DNA of 64,000 nucleotides from positions 620,001 to 684,000 of the forward strand of contig CP075493.1 of assembly GCA_021613535.1 (NCBI GenBank), read 5' to 3'. Both the position numbers and the translations under genes were made by a program. Shown one piece after another: positions 34,588 through 47,382 of the stretch. Every line of letters begins with the position of its first letter. Position 1 is the first letter of the stretch. The notes below the pieces were generated by a model. That model had not been told where the DNA came from and searched no databases. It was given only the letters and a program-made list of their open reading frames with translations. Source of the DNA: Adineta vaga (taxonomy: Eukaryota > Animalia > Rotifera).

Positions 34588-34849
34588 TTGAGGGTGTGGG
34601 TATGACTGATACTCTTCTCTTCACCCCCACCCACCCATCCACCCTCAATTATCCATAGATCAAACTTTTCTGCTGTATAACTTGGATCTCTTATAGATCA
34701 ACAGCTGACTACATATAGATTAAAATCGACGACATGATACAGATTTCGAAAAAGACAAATGTCTGAGATAAGATATTTGTCAATGAAAAAAAGACAATAT
34801 ATACTAAAATTGAGAAAAAAGTATTGATGATATTAATCTTTTGATTTCT

Positions 34850-35495
34850 AATACTAAATTCTTGTACGAATACGTCGAAGTGTTTGTTGAACAACATTAT
34901 CAAATTGATTTTGATATGTTTTAGATGGTAAAAATGAAAGAAAATATCCCGATAAAAATAACCAAGAATTATTTGATGATTTCATACAACCACTTATAAA
35001 TGAGATAATAAGATGTGGTAAACCTAATAATACTAAAATAAAGTGAAGTTATAAAATGATGTTGATGTTGTTTAAATTGTAATTTTAAATGTTCAATATA
35101 TAATAATCTTGGTTGAATAGTTGAACGATGACGAACAATTGAAATAATAATAATTATTGTTGAAAATAAATTAATTATAAATGAAATAAAGTTATAAACG
35201 AATTATAAATATTAATTGAAAATGAATATTGAACAATACACCAAATTCTTTTTTCATCAATATCAATATCTTCAATTAATTGACGATGAAATGGATCATG
35301 AAGATGAGTTAAAATTGAAAAGAAAAATATATTTATTATTATCCATTTTGCTATTTGTTTACTTTTATTTTGATTAAATTTTACACCTTGTTTAACTGTT
35401 CTAACACGTTCAATAGAAATAAATACATCAATCCAATCATTAATAATTAAAAGAATTTTAATTATCATATCTAATAAAATACAATTGAAATTAAG
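34850..35495 (-). pseudogene. Rhodopsin-like 7TM C-terminal fragment, degraded
   Basis: NCILLD...ISIERVRTV...LTHLHDPFHRQL...RIWCIVQY...FITLFH. Further TM pieces occur in shifted frames; truncated at a telomere-like palindrome. Confidence 0.6.
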
Positions 35496-35719
35496 GGATA
35501 GGTGTGGATGTGAATAATTAGTCAATACCCATACATCCACCCTTCAATACATACGTAGCTGAACGCAAACGGAGATGGAAGCGGATCCAGTGGATGAAGA
35601 ATCATGTAATTTCTGGTTTTCGAAAACTGATTGAAAATATTTTAATTTTGAAAAAAGAACGTTTTATTTTAGCGGCAAATTTCGACAGTCTTGATATGAC
35701 ATTTCTGCAGAGATTGAAA

Positions 35720-36700
35720 CAATTTATTTACAAGTTTAATTTATTTCCATCTATTCCTCCATGCCATCGATGAACATCAATTGAAAAATGAAACAATTTC
35801 AACAAAATTATTTATTCTTTTATTAATTTTAATCATAACAATATTATTATTATTATATACATCATTATAACAACAATAACAAAAACCGTGAATATTAAAT
35901 CATCAAATATTGAACAATATTTCGAATTATATTCTGATTATTCTCAAACATTAACATGTCCATGTACAAAAATCTCAATAGATTATGAAAATATTCTTCA
36001 AATAGAATATTCATTTCATCAAATATGTCAAAGTGATTTTATATGTGAAGTTTGGATATCATTTCTTGCTTTTTTTCGTTCACATTATAATTGGTGATAA
36101 AATTAAATAAATTTCATTGGAATAAATATGTAAGTGCATTTGTTATATCTTATTAATGATTATTTACAATGATACAAGAAACAATACAGAAGGAAATGCT
36201 TTATTATCTGTTCAAATGACAAATTATGAATTCTATAAAAGAAATGGATCGATATCAGTTCATCCATCAATATATGAGAATTGTAGTTGTGTCTATTGAT
36301 CATTATATATTAGTTCATCTGCTTTTTATAATTATACAAATTATACGATCATATTTAATATAATGGGAATTTATGTTGTATATGTTATTTTACTAAATCA
36401 TTACTTTTATTAAATTTACAATGTTTATATTATAAATCTTGTGTTCATCAAATTCAATCATTTTATATATGGATGCCATTTATGGAAGCGAAAGAACTTG
36501 AGAAATCCATTTCAAATATTTATTGACAAAATTCATCTATTCAAGAATTAATTAATCAATTATCTATGAAAACTATTTTAGAATAAATGTTATCCTATAC
36601 TATGTATTTATATTATTACAAGATTAGTTGGTGGAGTATAGTTACTATTTTCAAAATAATTCTACTAAGAATTATGGAATTATTTCGACGTTCTATATTA
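35720..36700 (+). pseudogene. Degraded member of a Cys-rich two-TM protein family (ENaC/degenerin-like layout) common in bdelloids
   Basis: ISTKLFILLLILIITILLLYTS TM segment, then YSQTLTCPCTKISIDY...HQICQSDF and later NCSC and LVGG pieces, with many frameshifts. Confidence 0.4.
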
Positions 36701-36891
36701 ATAAAATAAAATATATTTTATTTGTTGTTTTGTATAATTCTTTTGATAAAATATTTCGATTTAAAAATATAGATGTCTAATCATTATTTATAAGAAAAGC
36801 AAAAGCTTAATATTAAATTTTATTTTATTAACAAATTTTTTAATACAATTATTATTGATTAGAAGAAGAAGAAGAAAAGAAACAATTTTAT

Positions 36892-38016
36892 TTAAAAATT
36901 TGAAGAGACATGATTTTCTTTAATTAATTTCAATTGAATTTGTTTTGAAGAATTGTTCATTAATAGAGAAGTTTCTTGTTTATTTCTTTTTAATGACGAA
37001 TTTTCATGAATTGTTAATCTTCGATCTACTGATAGAATTAATTGAATATGAAATATTCTCGATAAAATTTCTAATAAAGTTTCTCGAAATTGATAACTAA
37101 AAAAATAATTCATTAAAAAATTTGTTGAAATATTTAGAATAAAAATAAATTCTCCAAATAATTGAAAGAATATAATAAATCGATTTGAAAAAAAATGAAT
37201 TTGATTAAATAAATATAATAAACGTAAAAGAATTAATGAAGAATGACATAAAATAAATAGAAGAATATTTATTATAAGCATTAAAATTATATAAGAATCA
37301 TCAGGATTTCTTATATTACTTTTTATAACACATAAACTTTGTTTTCGACGTTTTTTTTCTTTTAAATTTTCAATTATTTTTATATTTATATAAATTAAGA
37401 GAATTAATGGAATTAAATAAACAAATGGAATTCTTAAATAAATTCGTGTATATTTAAATGATTTTTTACCGAAATTTGTTAAATGCCATTGATTTGTTAA
37501 AGAATTATATTCTTCTTCGAACCAAAGTGGAAATGATGAAATTATCGAAAAAAAATAAATTAAAAATATTATAATTAATGTTCCCGTTTTTGTCAAATAT
37601 TTTTTCGATTTTAATGAATATTTTATTGATATAAAACGATCAATTGATACAAATATTGTTAAATAAATTATTGATAATAAACCTATATGAAGAATTGGAG
37701 TTGATGGAATACGTCGTAAAAAGATTTCAATTTTTAATAAAGTTTTTTCTTTTTTATAAGAATAATAATCAAGAATTGAAATAATTGATATCGTTGGAAA
37801 GAATAATAATAAATATATTATATATGAAAATGATAATGCACAAAAATAATAATTTGTTCGTCTTTTACGTAATGATGATGATAATAAAACAATTATTGTT
37901 ATTATATTTCCAATAATACCAAATAAACTCAAGAATATTCCAATATAACCAACAAATATTAAACGAAAATAAAGAAAATTCTCTTCATAATCAGTTATTG
38001 AGAAACGATTCGTCAT
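36892..38016 (-). CDS. Class A GPCR (FMRFamide/peptide receptor-like), single exon
   Basis: Seven hydrophobic segments; GIIGNIITIIVL, SIDRFISI, NISTNFLMNYFFSYQFRETL. Confidence 0.85.
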   Translation of the reverse strand: MTNRFSITDYEENFLYFRLIFVGYIGIFLSLFGIIGNIITIIVLLSSSLRKRRTNYYFCALSFSYIIYLLLFFPTISIISILDYYSYKKEKTLLKIEIFLRRIPSTPILHIGLLSIIYLTIFVSIDRFISIKYSLKSKKYLTKTGTLIIIFLIYFFSIISSFPLWFEEEYNSLTNQWHLTNFGKKSFKYTRIYLRIPFVYLIPLILLIYINIKIIENLKEKKRRKQSLCVIKSNIRNPDDSYIILMLIINILLFILCHSSLILLRLLYLFNQIHFFSNRFIIFFQLFGEFIFILNISTNFLMNYFFSYQFRETLLEILSRIFHIQLILSVDRRLTIHENSSLKRNKQETSLLMNNSSKQIQLKLIKENHVSSNF

Positions 38017-39048
38017 TTATTTCAAATGAAAACTATCTTTAAGAAAAGAAAGAAAATCTTTTTTCTTCGAATGAATAATTATCTGATCTTTTCTTATTTG
38101 TCAATGCTAATTTTCTTTCAAAGAAACATCTTGTCTTACGAAGAAAAGATTCTTTTTCTTTCTTATTTCTCAAATTTCATTAAAAAAAATATCAAAGATA
38201 ACTATCAAACATCTTTCAAATATAATCTGATCAATTTCTCATATTTCTATTCCAATGATTTCATAATAAAATAATTATCTAAATAACAAAAACATATACG
38301 CATTTCTATATAGATAAGTTCAATTAGTAAACACAATTGTGTTTATAGTTGTATTCTAAATGATTTTGATTTATTTTGTAATATTCCGAAATGTGGAACA
38401 ATTCGTATTAAAAGAATTCACAGCTGTTGAAAATAAACACTGTGTCATATTGAGACATACGAGAAGAGAAATAAAATAAAAGACTTACAAGAGGTTTTAT
38501 ACGTGTAAGTTTCCTTAACACTATCGAATATTCTTATTAGATTGAAATAAACATTTCAATTCAAAGTGAATTTCGAGAAATGAAACAATAGTGTGGTTGA
38601 TATGAAATAAAAACACTTAATGACATGTTTGTATTTTTGATCATAAAAAAAATATCGTCATAGTAACAATCAAAATATTGAAAAGATTGCCCATTTAATG
38701 ATTCACTTTATATTTGATAATATTTTCAAATAGGAAAAAATATAATCATTAAAGGTTATGTAAATAAATTTTTCTTTTTCTCAAAACATGTTTATATTAA
38801 CAATAAAATAGAAAAAAGAATATTTGATCACATTCTTATACTGAGAATTTATTATAAAGGAAAAGAATAATCTCTGAGCAACAGTAATCTGGCAACGCTT
38901 TTCTTTTATTTTTCTTTCGTTTCTGTTGTTACCTCGTGTAATCGATTACATTTTCATAATATTTTTTGTTTTGTCAACTCTTGGAAACCTATATAAAGAG
39001 TAACTTGATTATCACATCACTTTTTTCAATATATTTTTTGATTAAAAT

Positions 39049-40143
39049 ATGGGTTGTTGCTGTTCAAAATCTGAAGTTGCACCAAGTCGTTCAGATGAAA
39101 AATATCTCGTTGTTAATCAACCAAAAAAAGTCGAAACAAATGATCGATATAATAAAATAGGTATTAGTACAATTGATCCTTCATTATTAATCAAAGGTTA
39201 TGAAAATGAATCTGTTAGTTCGTTAGAAGAAGCTCTTCAACCATTTCATGGAAAAATATCTCATTTAAATGAACAAATTCAAGAAGCAAAATCAAAATGT
39301 CATTATCCATCAGAACATAATTTAACTCATGATGAATCTGCTGCACTTTATCTTTATTTAAATCAAGATAAAGGTGATACTGTTTATAATAATCTTCAAC
39401 AATCTTGGAATACAAATAATCGAACACAAATGGAACCATGGTTTAAATATTTAAAATTATTAAAAAATGCTTTAAATAAATTACCTGATGTTAAAAGTGA
39501 AGTTTATCAAGGAATATCTTATGATAAATCAATAGAAAATATACTTCGAACAAAAAATACATCATTATATACTTGTATGGGATTAAGTTCACCATCAATT
39601 GAAGAATTAAAAAAAAATCTTCAAAATAAATCTGATTCAAAAATGCTTCTTGTTGGTTATAGATCAGTTGATGGAAAAGATGTTACAGGTTATGGACCGA
39701 GTAATCAGAAAGAAACGTTTATTTGGCCAGGTATTAAACTAACTCAAGGAAAACAAAATGAATTGGATAAATCTGGTTCAATAACTTTTCATTTAACTGG
39801 AAAAAAAAGTAAAAGTTTATTTTGAAAAAACGAATGAAAAATTTTCTTTTCTTTTAGAAATTCAAATTGAAGTTAAAAAAAAAAAGAAAAAGAAATTCCC
39901 GAAGAAATTCATTTCGTATGTCCAGCAAATGATTGTGAAAATGCTTGTCGTGGTCATCATGCTGAAGGACATTGTTATGGTTTTGAAAGACTTTTACATA
40001 AATGTTCACATCATTGTGGTCCAATTAATAGATGTGCTATTTGTAAAAAAGATTCTGCTGATTTATGTGAATGTAAAAGATGTCATAAACGATTTTGTGA
40101 TCATTGTGCTTATCAATCTATAAGAATTGAACCGCGTGAATAA
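39049..40143 (+). CDS. N-acylated ART-like protein with C-terminal Cys/His-rich zinc-binding domain; exons 39049..39808 and 39858..40143 (apparent 1-nt frameshift in the A11 run at 39875-39885)
   Basis: MGCCCSK acylation motif. ART-family segments GYENESVSSLEEAL, LTHDESAALYLY and PWFKYLKLLKNALNKLP match the gene at 10315. Exon 2 reads CPANDCENACRGHH...CAICK...CECKRCHKRFCDHC. TATA-like TATATAAA at about 38990. Confidence 0.7.
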
Positions 40144-40731
40144 ATTAGAATTATTTAAATATAGATTTATTAATCAGATTTTTTGAAAATTGATGATTCA
40201 TTGATTATTATTTGTTCAAATAGAAAGGGTAGATCAGATGAAGAATGTCTTCTCCTCGTTCACCTTTATTTTCTCTTCTTTATCGAACCAGCAAACATAA
40301 AAAAGTAGAAGAGAGAACATCAACACATAGAAAATTAACAAAAAAAGCATTGAATGAAGTTAAGTGCATGTATTATTTCTTATTGTTGGATTTCGGTAGT
40401 GAAGGTTTCTTAATAATATCATCAATGTGAATATTTGGATTTGTTCCTTGTCCTTCATTGGGCAATGGTACATGGATATGGACGTGACAGTTGCTATCAC
40501 TTTTGGAACCTCGACTGTCCAAACTTTGACTTCCGTCCGATTTTGACATATTGTCTCCCATCTGAATGTGGCAAACGTATTTCCGACGTAGATCTTCAAA
40601 AGAAATAAAAGACAGTAATCTCTCCTATTTAGAACACGTAGAGCAGGAAAACGATTAGTGAGGATTTTCTACAGAAGAAATACATGGTTAGCAGCGATTA
40701 TAGAATAACAAAGAGAATAGAAGAGGTAAGA

Positions 40732-41381
40732 AAAGTTAGCAACACATTCGAGTATTTTTTGTCAGGATTCGCCTGTAAACTTGTGCTGGTCTCCGAAAAG
40801 GTTGTGTTGGGTGCAGAATTTAATTCACTATCGAATGACGCCAATTTCACTAGGGTTCACCGTCCAAAAACTAAAGTTTCCGACGAAAAACCGGTATTTT
40901 CACCCATTTTTTGGACTCAAAACTTTTGTATTTCATGTCCGGATTCGCTTGAGAACTTGTGCTGAGTCTAAGAATTGTTGTGTTGGATTCAGAATTTAAT
41001 TCTCTATCAAATGATGTAGGTATTAGGGGGTATTACCGGAGGTGAGGGTGTGTGGGTGTGACGATTTTTTCTCTCGGTGAACCTCTTGAAAAACTACATC
41101 ATTTGATAGAGAATTAAATTCTGAATCCAACACAACCATTCTTAGACTCAGCACAAGTTCTCAAGCGAATCCGGACATGAAATACAAAAGTTTTGAGTCC
41201 AAAAAATGGGTGAAAATACCGGTTTTTCGTTGGAAACTTTAGTTTTTGGACAATGACCCCTATTAAAATTGGCGTCATTCGATAGTGAATTAAATTCTGC
41301 ACCCAATACAACCTTTTCGGAGACCAGCACAAGTTTACAGGCGAATCCTGACAAAAAATACTCGAATATGGTGCTAACTTT
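40732..41381. mobile_element. Foldback/MITE with about 290-bp inverted arms
   Basis: 40732-41018 is the near-perfect reverse complement of 41094-41381 (the ORF track shows mirrored peptides). The short spacer contains GAGGGTGTGTGGGTGTG. Confidence 0.88.
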
Positions 41382-41550
41382 ACCTACGTGAAAAGAACCA
41401 CTGTGTAGTGCAGAGAGAAGATTGCTAGTCTAGGAAGAAAAACCTATGAATGCATTTACACAGAATCAACATAGGAATAAACACAACATAACTGCAGATG
41501 TCATTATGAAAGATTATTCCGTTCAATGAAAATATCAAATGATGTAGATG

Positions 41551-41745
41551 CTAGGGGGAAAAAGCGCTACTCCAATACTTCGCCCATACTCCATTGTACT
41601 CCACTATACTCCATCTCTACTCTAGAAAGAGAAAACAGTCGATATTTCAGTTTTACAAAATATGTTGGAGTACGAGTGGAGTAGGGTGGAGTATCGTTGG
41701 AGTATTGTAGAGTATCGGAGTACGGAGTATCGCTTTTCCCCCTTG
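41551..41745. mobile_element. hAT-type MITE (195 bp) with 8-bp TSD
   Basis: Imperfect TIRs CTAGGGGGAAAAAGCGCTACTCC and GGAGTATCGCTTTTCCCCCTTG; internal TACTCC/GGAGTA subterminal repeats. TGTAGATG duplicated at 41543-41550 and 41746-41753. Confidence 0.82.
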
Positions 41746-42468
41746 TGTAGATGCAACACAATGAAAGTGGGAATTTTCACATTTCTTTTGTATTTATCAC
41801 AACGTTTTTGATAACAAATACTTAACTGTGTGTTGGTGAAAACAGAATAATAAACATTATCGTAAAGTAGGAGGAGAGCAAGAGAAAACGAACGTTATTC
41901 GTTTGCTGTCTCACCAAATGTATTTTTCCATTTATTAATCTTCCATAAAATAAAAAGGAGACTGTATATGTTTCATCTTTATTACTTCATCGAGCATACA
42001 CTAGGATTTTGGATTGGTGTGAAGCTAGCTCCGTCGTGTTAGCTTCACACTGATGGATTTTGGTAGGATACGTAAAAGGAAAGAAACGAATTTTTTTAAT
42101 CCAATATTTCGTATCACGCGTCAATGACATTTATAGTAAGGGTAAAAAAACGTTAGTTTTTCATAAAAAAAGTTTGCGAAGAGAAAGTGTAGATGAATTC
42201 TAGCTTTTCTTATATTAAATGTCGAATCGATACTTCCAATTGTTTTGACGAAAGTTTTCCCCATTCTTATAACTCTATTTTTCACATGACAGTAGTTTTT
42301 TTTTGAATATATTTAAATATTTCTAATCATTTTCTCAGATCTTTAGGCGGATGATGGACAGAACTTCTTTCTCTCTATTTTTATTCAATTTTAAAATTAG
42401 TTTTTCTGCACTTCGGTTCTACATGATTCTATTAAAGCGTTGATTTCTTTATAGATATTACAAAAAAG

Positions 42469-43059
42469 ATGGGTACATCACAATCACAATCACAAGATGC
42501 CGATGAGAATGTAGATTTGATAGAAGTGTATTTATTATTCAAGGAACTCAGTGCTAATAAATACACAACCAATCAAATTGTATCTCATCATACTTGTCTG
42601 TTCAAATGCAAAGATGGTTCCTTCTACCACACTGAACTGGATGTGATTACAAAAGGTGGACCTTGTCAATTACATTTTGGTCAATACAACTTTCTAACAA
42701 TGCCTATCTATTACAAGCCTTTAGGATTAACACGAAAAACATTAAAAAATATCATTGCTTGGGTAACAAAGCATAAGTCTGCTGGCACGTCTTATACACT
42801 TATATTCAATGATTGCCAAGTTTATGCACGTTCATGTATGGAATTTCTCGAACTTTTCAAAATTCCTCCGAATCTTCTTGATTCACTTGGATTAAGTCAA
42901 CATCCTATGTTGAACACTATTCTCGGTAGAACAACGATGCCGTTTTCAATGATCACCAGTGGCGTAGGCCAACGTGTTGTGTTGGACACTATTCTTGATA
43001 AAACACTGAATATTCGACAAGCATCCTCACCATCTGAATTATCTTTATCGTGGAATTAA
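42469..43059 (+). CDS. Permuted papain-like (PPPDE/DeSI-like) peptidase, predicted N-myristoylated
   Basis: MGTSQS N-terminus; His motif SHHTCLF and Cys motif YTLIFNDCQVYA (YxLxxNxC). Confidence 0.65.
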   Translation: MGTSQSQSQDADENVDLIEVYLLFKELSANKYTTNQIVSHHTCLFKCKDGSFYHTELDVITKGGPCQLHFGQYNFLTMPIYYKPLGLTRKTLKNIIAWVTKHKSAGTSYTLIFNDCQVYARSCMEFLELFKIPPNLLDSLGLSQHPMLNTILGRTTMPFSMITSGVGQRVVLDTILDKTLNIRQASSPSELSLSWN

Positions 43060-44039
43060 TAACACTTCTACGTATTTATAGACTAATCTGTTTTTTTAAT
43101 CATGAATAAAATGTCATTGTCTGTATAGTCAAATAAACAAGAACTTTGTTGTTCTTGTATTTTCTTTTTGTTCAACATATGTTGAAGGAGTGGACGATAG
43201 TTAATAGCAGCTCACACTCACATCTTCCTGAGAAAAAGAAAATCTTTATTTTTTAATCAAAAAACAAATAATTGAGATATTAATTTAACTTTAGAACAAT
43301 AAATAAGTTTGATTAAATTGTAAAATATTTTTTTCATTTTCTTGAATTGATTGATAACATTTTCTCAAAATGAAAACTGTTGTTGAAGTTGAAAAGAATA
43401 AAAACTTTGAATTTTGTCGGTGAGTATGAGTATAGATGAAACTACAGAGCCCACACCCACACCCTCAAAAACAACATTTGATGATAGAATTTTACAATCA
43501 AGTTTTGACAATTCGTATTTAAAATGATTGATGTCATTTGACAAAAGATCTAATCGATATGAAGAGTTGAATAGAAATGGATAGATAAATAATATACAAT
43601 AGTATAAAAGCTTTCAGCGCAATCCCTTGCGGGATTAAAAATGTGAAATACGATCAAATTGTGACAATTTCGATCTTATTGATTTTTGATGAATGTTTTC
43701 TGTCATATTTCAATAAAGAAATGTGGATCATTCTAGATAAAAAAGATCAAATTCTTAGACAATTGGAGCAATTTTTTTATGCATTTTTGTTTTTCAATCT
43801 TCAATATTATAAATCTGAACATCGGTCAGATTTTTATTTTTTGAATTGAAAGTAACCGACAGATTGATTGATGCTAATAGTAATAAGACTGATTCATTTT
43901 CGAGTAGATCTTCTTCAGATAAATGTTGATTATTAGATTCTTGTAATAATTGCTTCAATTTTTCTTTTTCAGTGATCAGTTCTACTAATTCATTATTAGG
44001 AGTATTGATAGTCAGTTTGATTTGATCTTGTTGAACATC

Positions 44040-44240
44040 TTTTTGTGTACTCAAAAAGTGAGTACACTATAGAATCGGTCAGTGCGTTCGGCCGTCCGGT
44101 CGTTTACACGATAACTCTTTACAACTACATCCGATTGAGCTGAAATTTTCTACACAGAATTGTTTCATCAATATCTCGGTCGAGTTCGAAGATGAGCTTA
44201 ATCGGTTGTACCATTGCTGACTTGCAGAAAAATTTCCCAA
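44040..44240 (+). mobile_element. Copy of a dispersed non-autonomous repeat (HINE/DINE-1-like 5' end)
   Basis: Begins TTTTTGTGTACTCAAAAAGTGAGTACACTA (hairpin), then CGGCCGTCCGG and CCGATTGAGCTGAAATT. Homologous to 55457+ and to 53936-54155 (-). Confidence 0.7.
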
Positions 44241-47200
44241 TATCTCTATATAAAGTAGCATACTTCTGTCTGTTTGTCTGCCCTTTTGCTATCCATTCAG
44301 TTCCTGTAACAGCTAAGATCGCCAAACTTTCCATTGCGCTTCCCTGGGTCTAGAAAAAGGTCACAACGTGGTTGGCAGCATCAGAATGAGGGTCAGCAGG
44401 GAGACCTTGGTGACTTTTACCCAATTCTTCTTTGTATTATTTCACTTTACCAAAGTCATTCTAAGTGTGCTAGTTGGTGAAAGTCTAGAAATTCTCTCAA
44501 AACATAATTTTTTTGAATTCGAAGGTAATCGCGGCGCCAGCGGTGGCGATGGGGGCTTAGCCGTCCTTGAAGACAAAGTCCTGACCCGCCGCTATTTGAA
44601 GGCCTCAGATGAACATGATCTAGGTATCAACAATATGTTGCTGAGAACAGATTTGAAACTAAAGATGAGCACAGAACAGGATGGCCATGGGGTTCCGTCC
44701 TGTCCTGTCTTGCAGGACAAATATTCACAGGACGACAGGACAAACAGGTTTTCATGTATAAGTTCTATTTGTAAGTTTTGAAGATAAGGTGTTTTCGTGA
44801 GTTCTGTTTATTAATGAACAAGAACAAGAGGGAAAGAAACACACGTATATAGATACGATATAGAGAGAAGAGAGAGAAGAACTAGATGGCGCACAGTGTA
44901 CGATATACGAAAGAGAACAAGATACACGCACGTATATATAGGTATATGTGTTGGATAATTCCTTCATATATGTGATCATATGAATAGGGAAAAAACTTCA
45001 ATGTAAGTATTTCGGAATTGTCCATACTAACACTATTTTCTAGAGTGTAGGTGTGGATGTCGGCGTGAGTGAATACAAGAGGCCCATATCCACACCCCGC
45101 TCACATCCACACCGCACCCATACCCACACCCACACCCACTTCCTGCAATTCAAGCGAGGAAAATATCAAAATAAAAACGAACATATAGTTTTACAATTCA
45201 TTTTTTAATATAATAAAAATAAAGAAAAGAAGAGATATACCAATAGCATTGTTTTTTAATCCGTGTGAATCGAATATTTTCAATAAGAAAAAAGGTCGAC
45301 AGATAGAAAGATATGTGATCATTTTATTCTTTTGACCGTATTTATTTTTCTTTCAAACTACAATAAGATTACGTTTTTGTTAAATAACATATGATCATAT
45401 TGATTGTGAAATTAGTATACTCATGAATAGCCAAACTTCTATTCACATATAACATATGTCATTACCTTAACCATGTTTGGCGTTGTCTCTTTGTTTTTTG
45501 TGTGTCTGTACGCTGTCACATCTTTCTATTGATTGATATCTCTATCCACATGAATAAATAATCGAACATATCTATCCATATTTCATACTTTATTCATTCA
45601 CTAGACAATGATGATTTTTTTGTTACTTTGAGTATTTTGTATTGAATTGTAAAGAGTAAACTTTTACTATGAAGCAATCGATTAAACCAAAAGATGATAT
45701 AGAAAATCAAACTAAAATATTAAGGTAATATAATTTTTATCGACAATTTGAATATAATTGAAGAGTCTTTTCTTATTTCAAGAAAAAAACATAAACTTCC
45801 AGTGAGTATGATAATAATAGGATTATTGATCTTTGGTTTGATTCCTGTTTTCATATATATATATAAATCGAAGGGTGGGTGTGGGTGAGGATTTACACCT
45901 TATTGTTACCCACACCCACACCCATCAGCTAATGATGCTAATAGAGATCAATGTTCCTGTGCATATTGTTCAAAATCTTCCTAAAAATTTTCATCGAAAG
46001 GACTATCTAAACACAGAACCAAACGCAACTTGTAAAAGCTCTCATTTTCTTTTCCATTTAATTGAAAGTTACATGATACTGAGATTGCATATCTCTCCAC
46101 ACCATATGACTCACCTGACCCAAAAGCAACCTAAATTTTATTTCCATTAAACGTTGGATTAAATCTTAAACCTAACTATATTATCTCACTAACTTATATT
46201 GTCTCTTTTTTTGAAATCCATAGAAATAAAATTCAACGTTCGTAGTCATGAAAAATGCATTTTATTTCACGATCGCCATCTAAAAAGATATCATGTATCG
46301 TTTCTTCTGATCCCATATCTAACCACAAATCTCGTTGCATACATATTACAAGAACTAACATTATTCATTCTAGTTTGCGTAGAGAATATATTGCATCATT
46401 CTCTAACCAAAAGGTTATTAAGAACATTTCACTAAATGTTCCTGTTTCTCTCTCTCTCTCGTTCTTCTCATATATTTATATATATATATATATATGTATG
46501 TTCCATCCTGTTGTTGTTGTTCTTCTTCTTCTTGCTCGTCTTGTTGTCTTCTAACTTCTCCTACATCATCGTCATCCTATTCTGTTTCTGTTGTTTCTGT
46601 TTCTATCGTTCTGTTTACAATAAACAAGAACTCATGTTACACGTTATCCACAACATTTACAGTTTGAAATAGGAAGTCTGTAATTGTATTAAATAGTTTC
46701 GATTTGATTCTTTGAATCGAGTTAGAAATATAAGCCATCTGATGAATCGTCTAGCCGGGATGAAACCTTGATAATGGCGGCTAATATCACCCTGATCCTC
46801 ACTCGTACTCTACTTGACTGATCCAAACCTTCAAGAACGAACAAGAACAGAGGGGCAGAAGATATATATGGAGGAATGGAAGGAAAAGAATCTATGACAC
46901 ATCACACAAACAGAAGGACAAATACAATGCGTGACACACATGTATAATGATGGGAAAAGACCAATACGTCATGTGTTGGAAAAGCCCTGAACACTTTTTA
47001 TTGATCAAGTTTTCAAGAGAATAAGTCGATATAATTCTTATAAGTAGGAAGGAAAAAGTTGATACGAGCATATATTTTTTCTCTCTAATCTATTTTGATA
47101 ATGAGATCAATAATCTTTTCCTTTTACTTAATTATATTCGGATTTCATAAATCTGACTTTTTGAAATTTTGATTCGATTTGACTGATGTGAGCCGAATGA

Positions 47201-47382
47201 AAACGATTTCAATCATTGGAAACTCCAGTTTTTCTAATGCTCAGACCATTCGCCAAAGCTACGCATAATTAATCTTCGTTTAATGGTTATTATAAAATGA
47301 CAATGGAACATTGTTGAACTATGATTGATTTTACTGTCACTTAAAATGAAACTTTATTTTGTCTAAAATAATCATGTGAAAA

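Noticed and set aside
40684-41354. Mirror-image ORF pairs
   Set aside because: Artefact of the foldback element's inverted arms.
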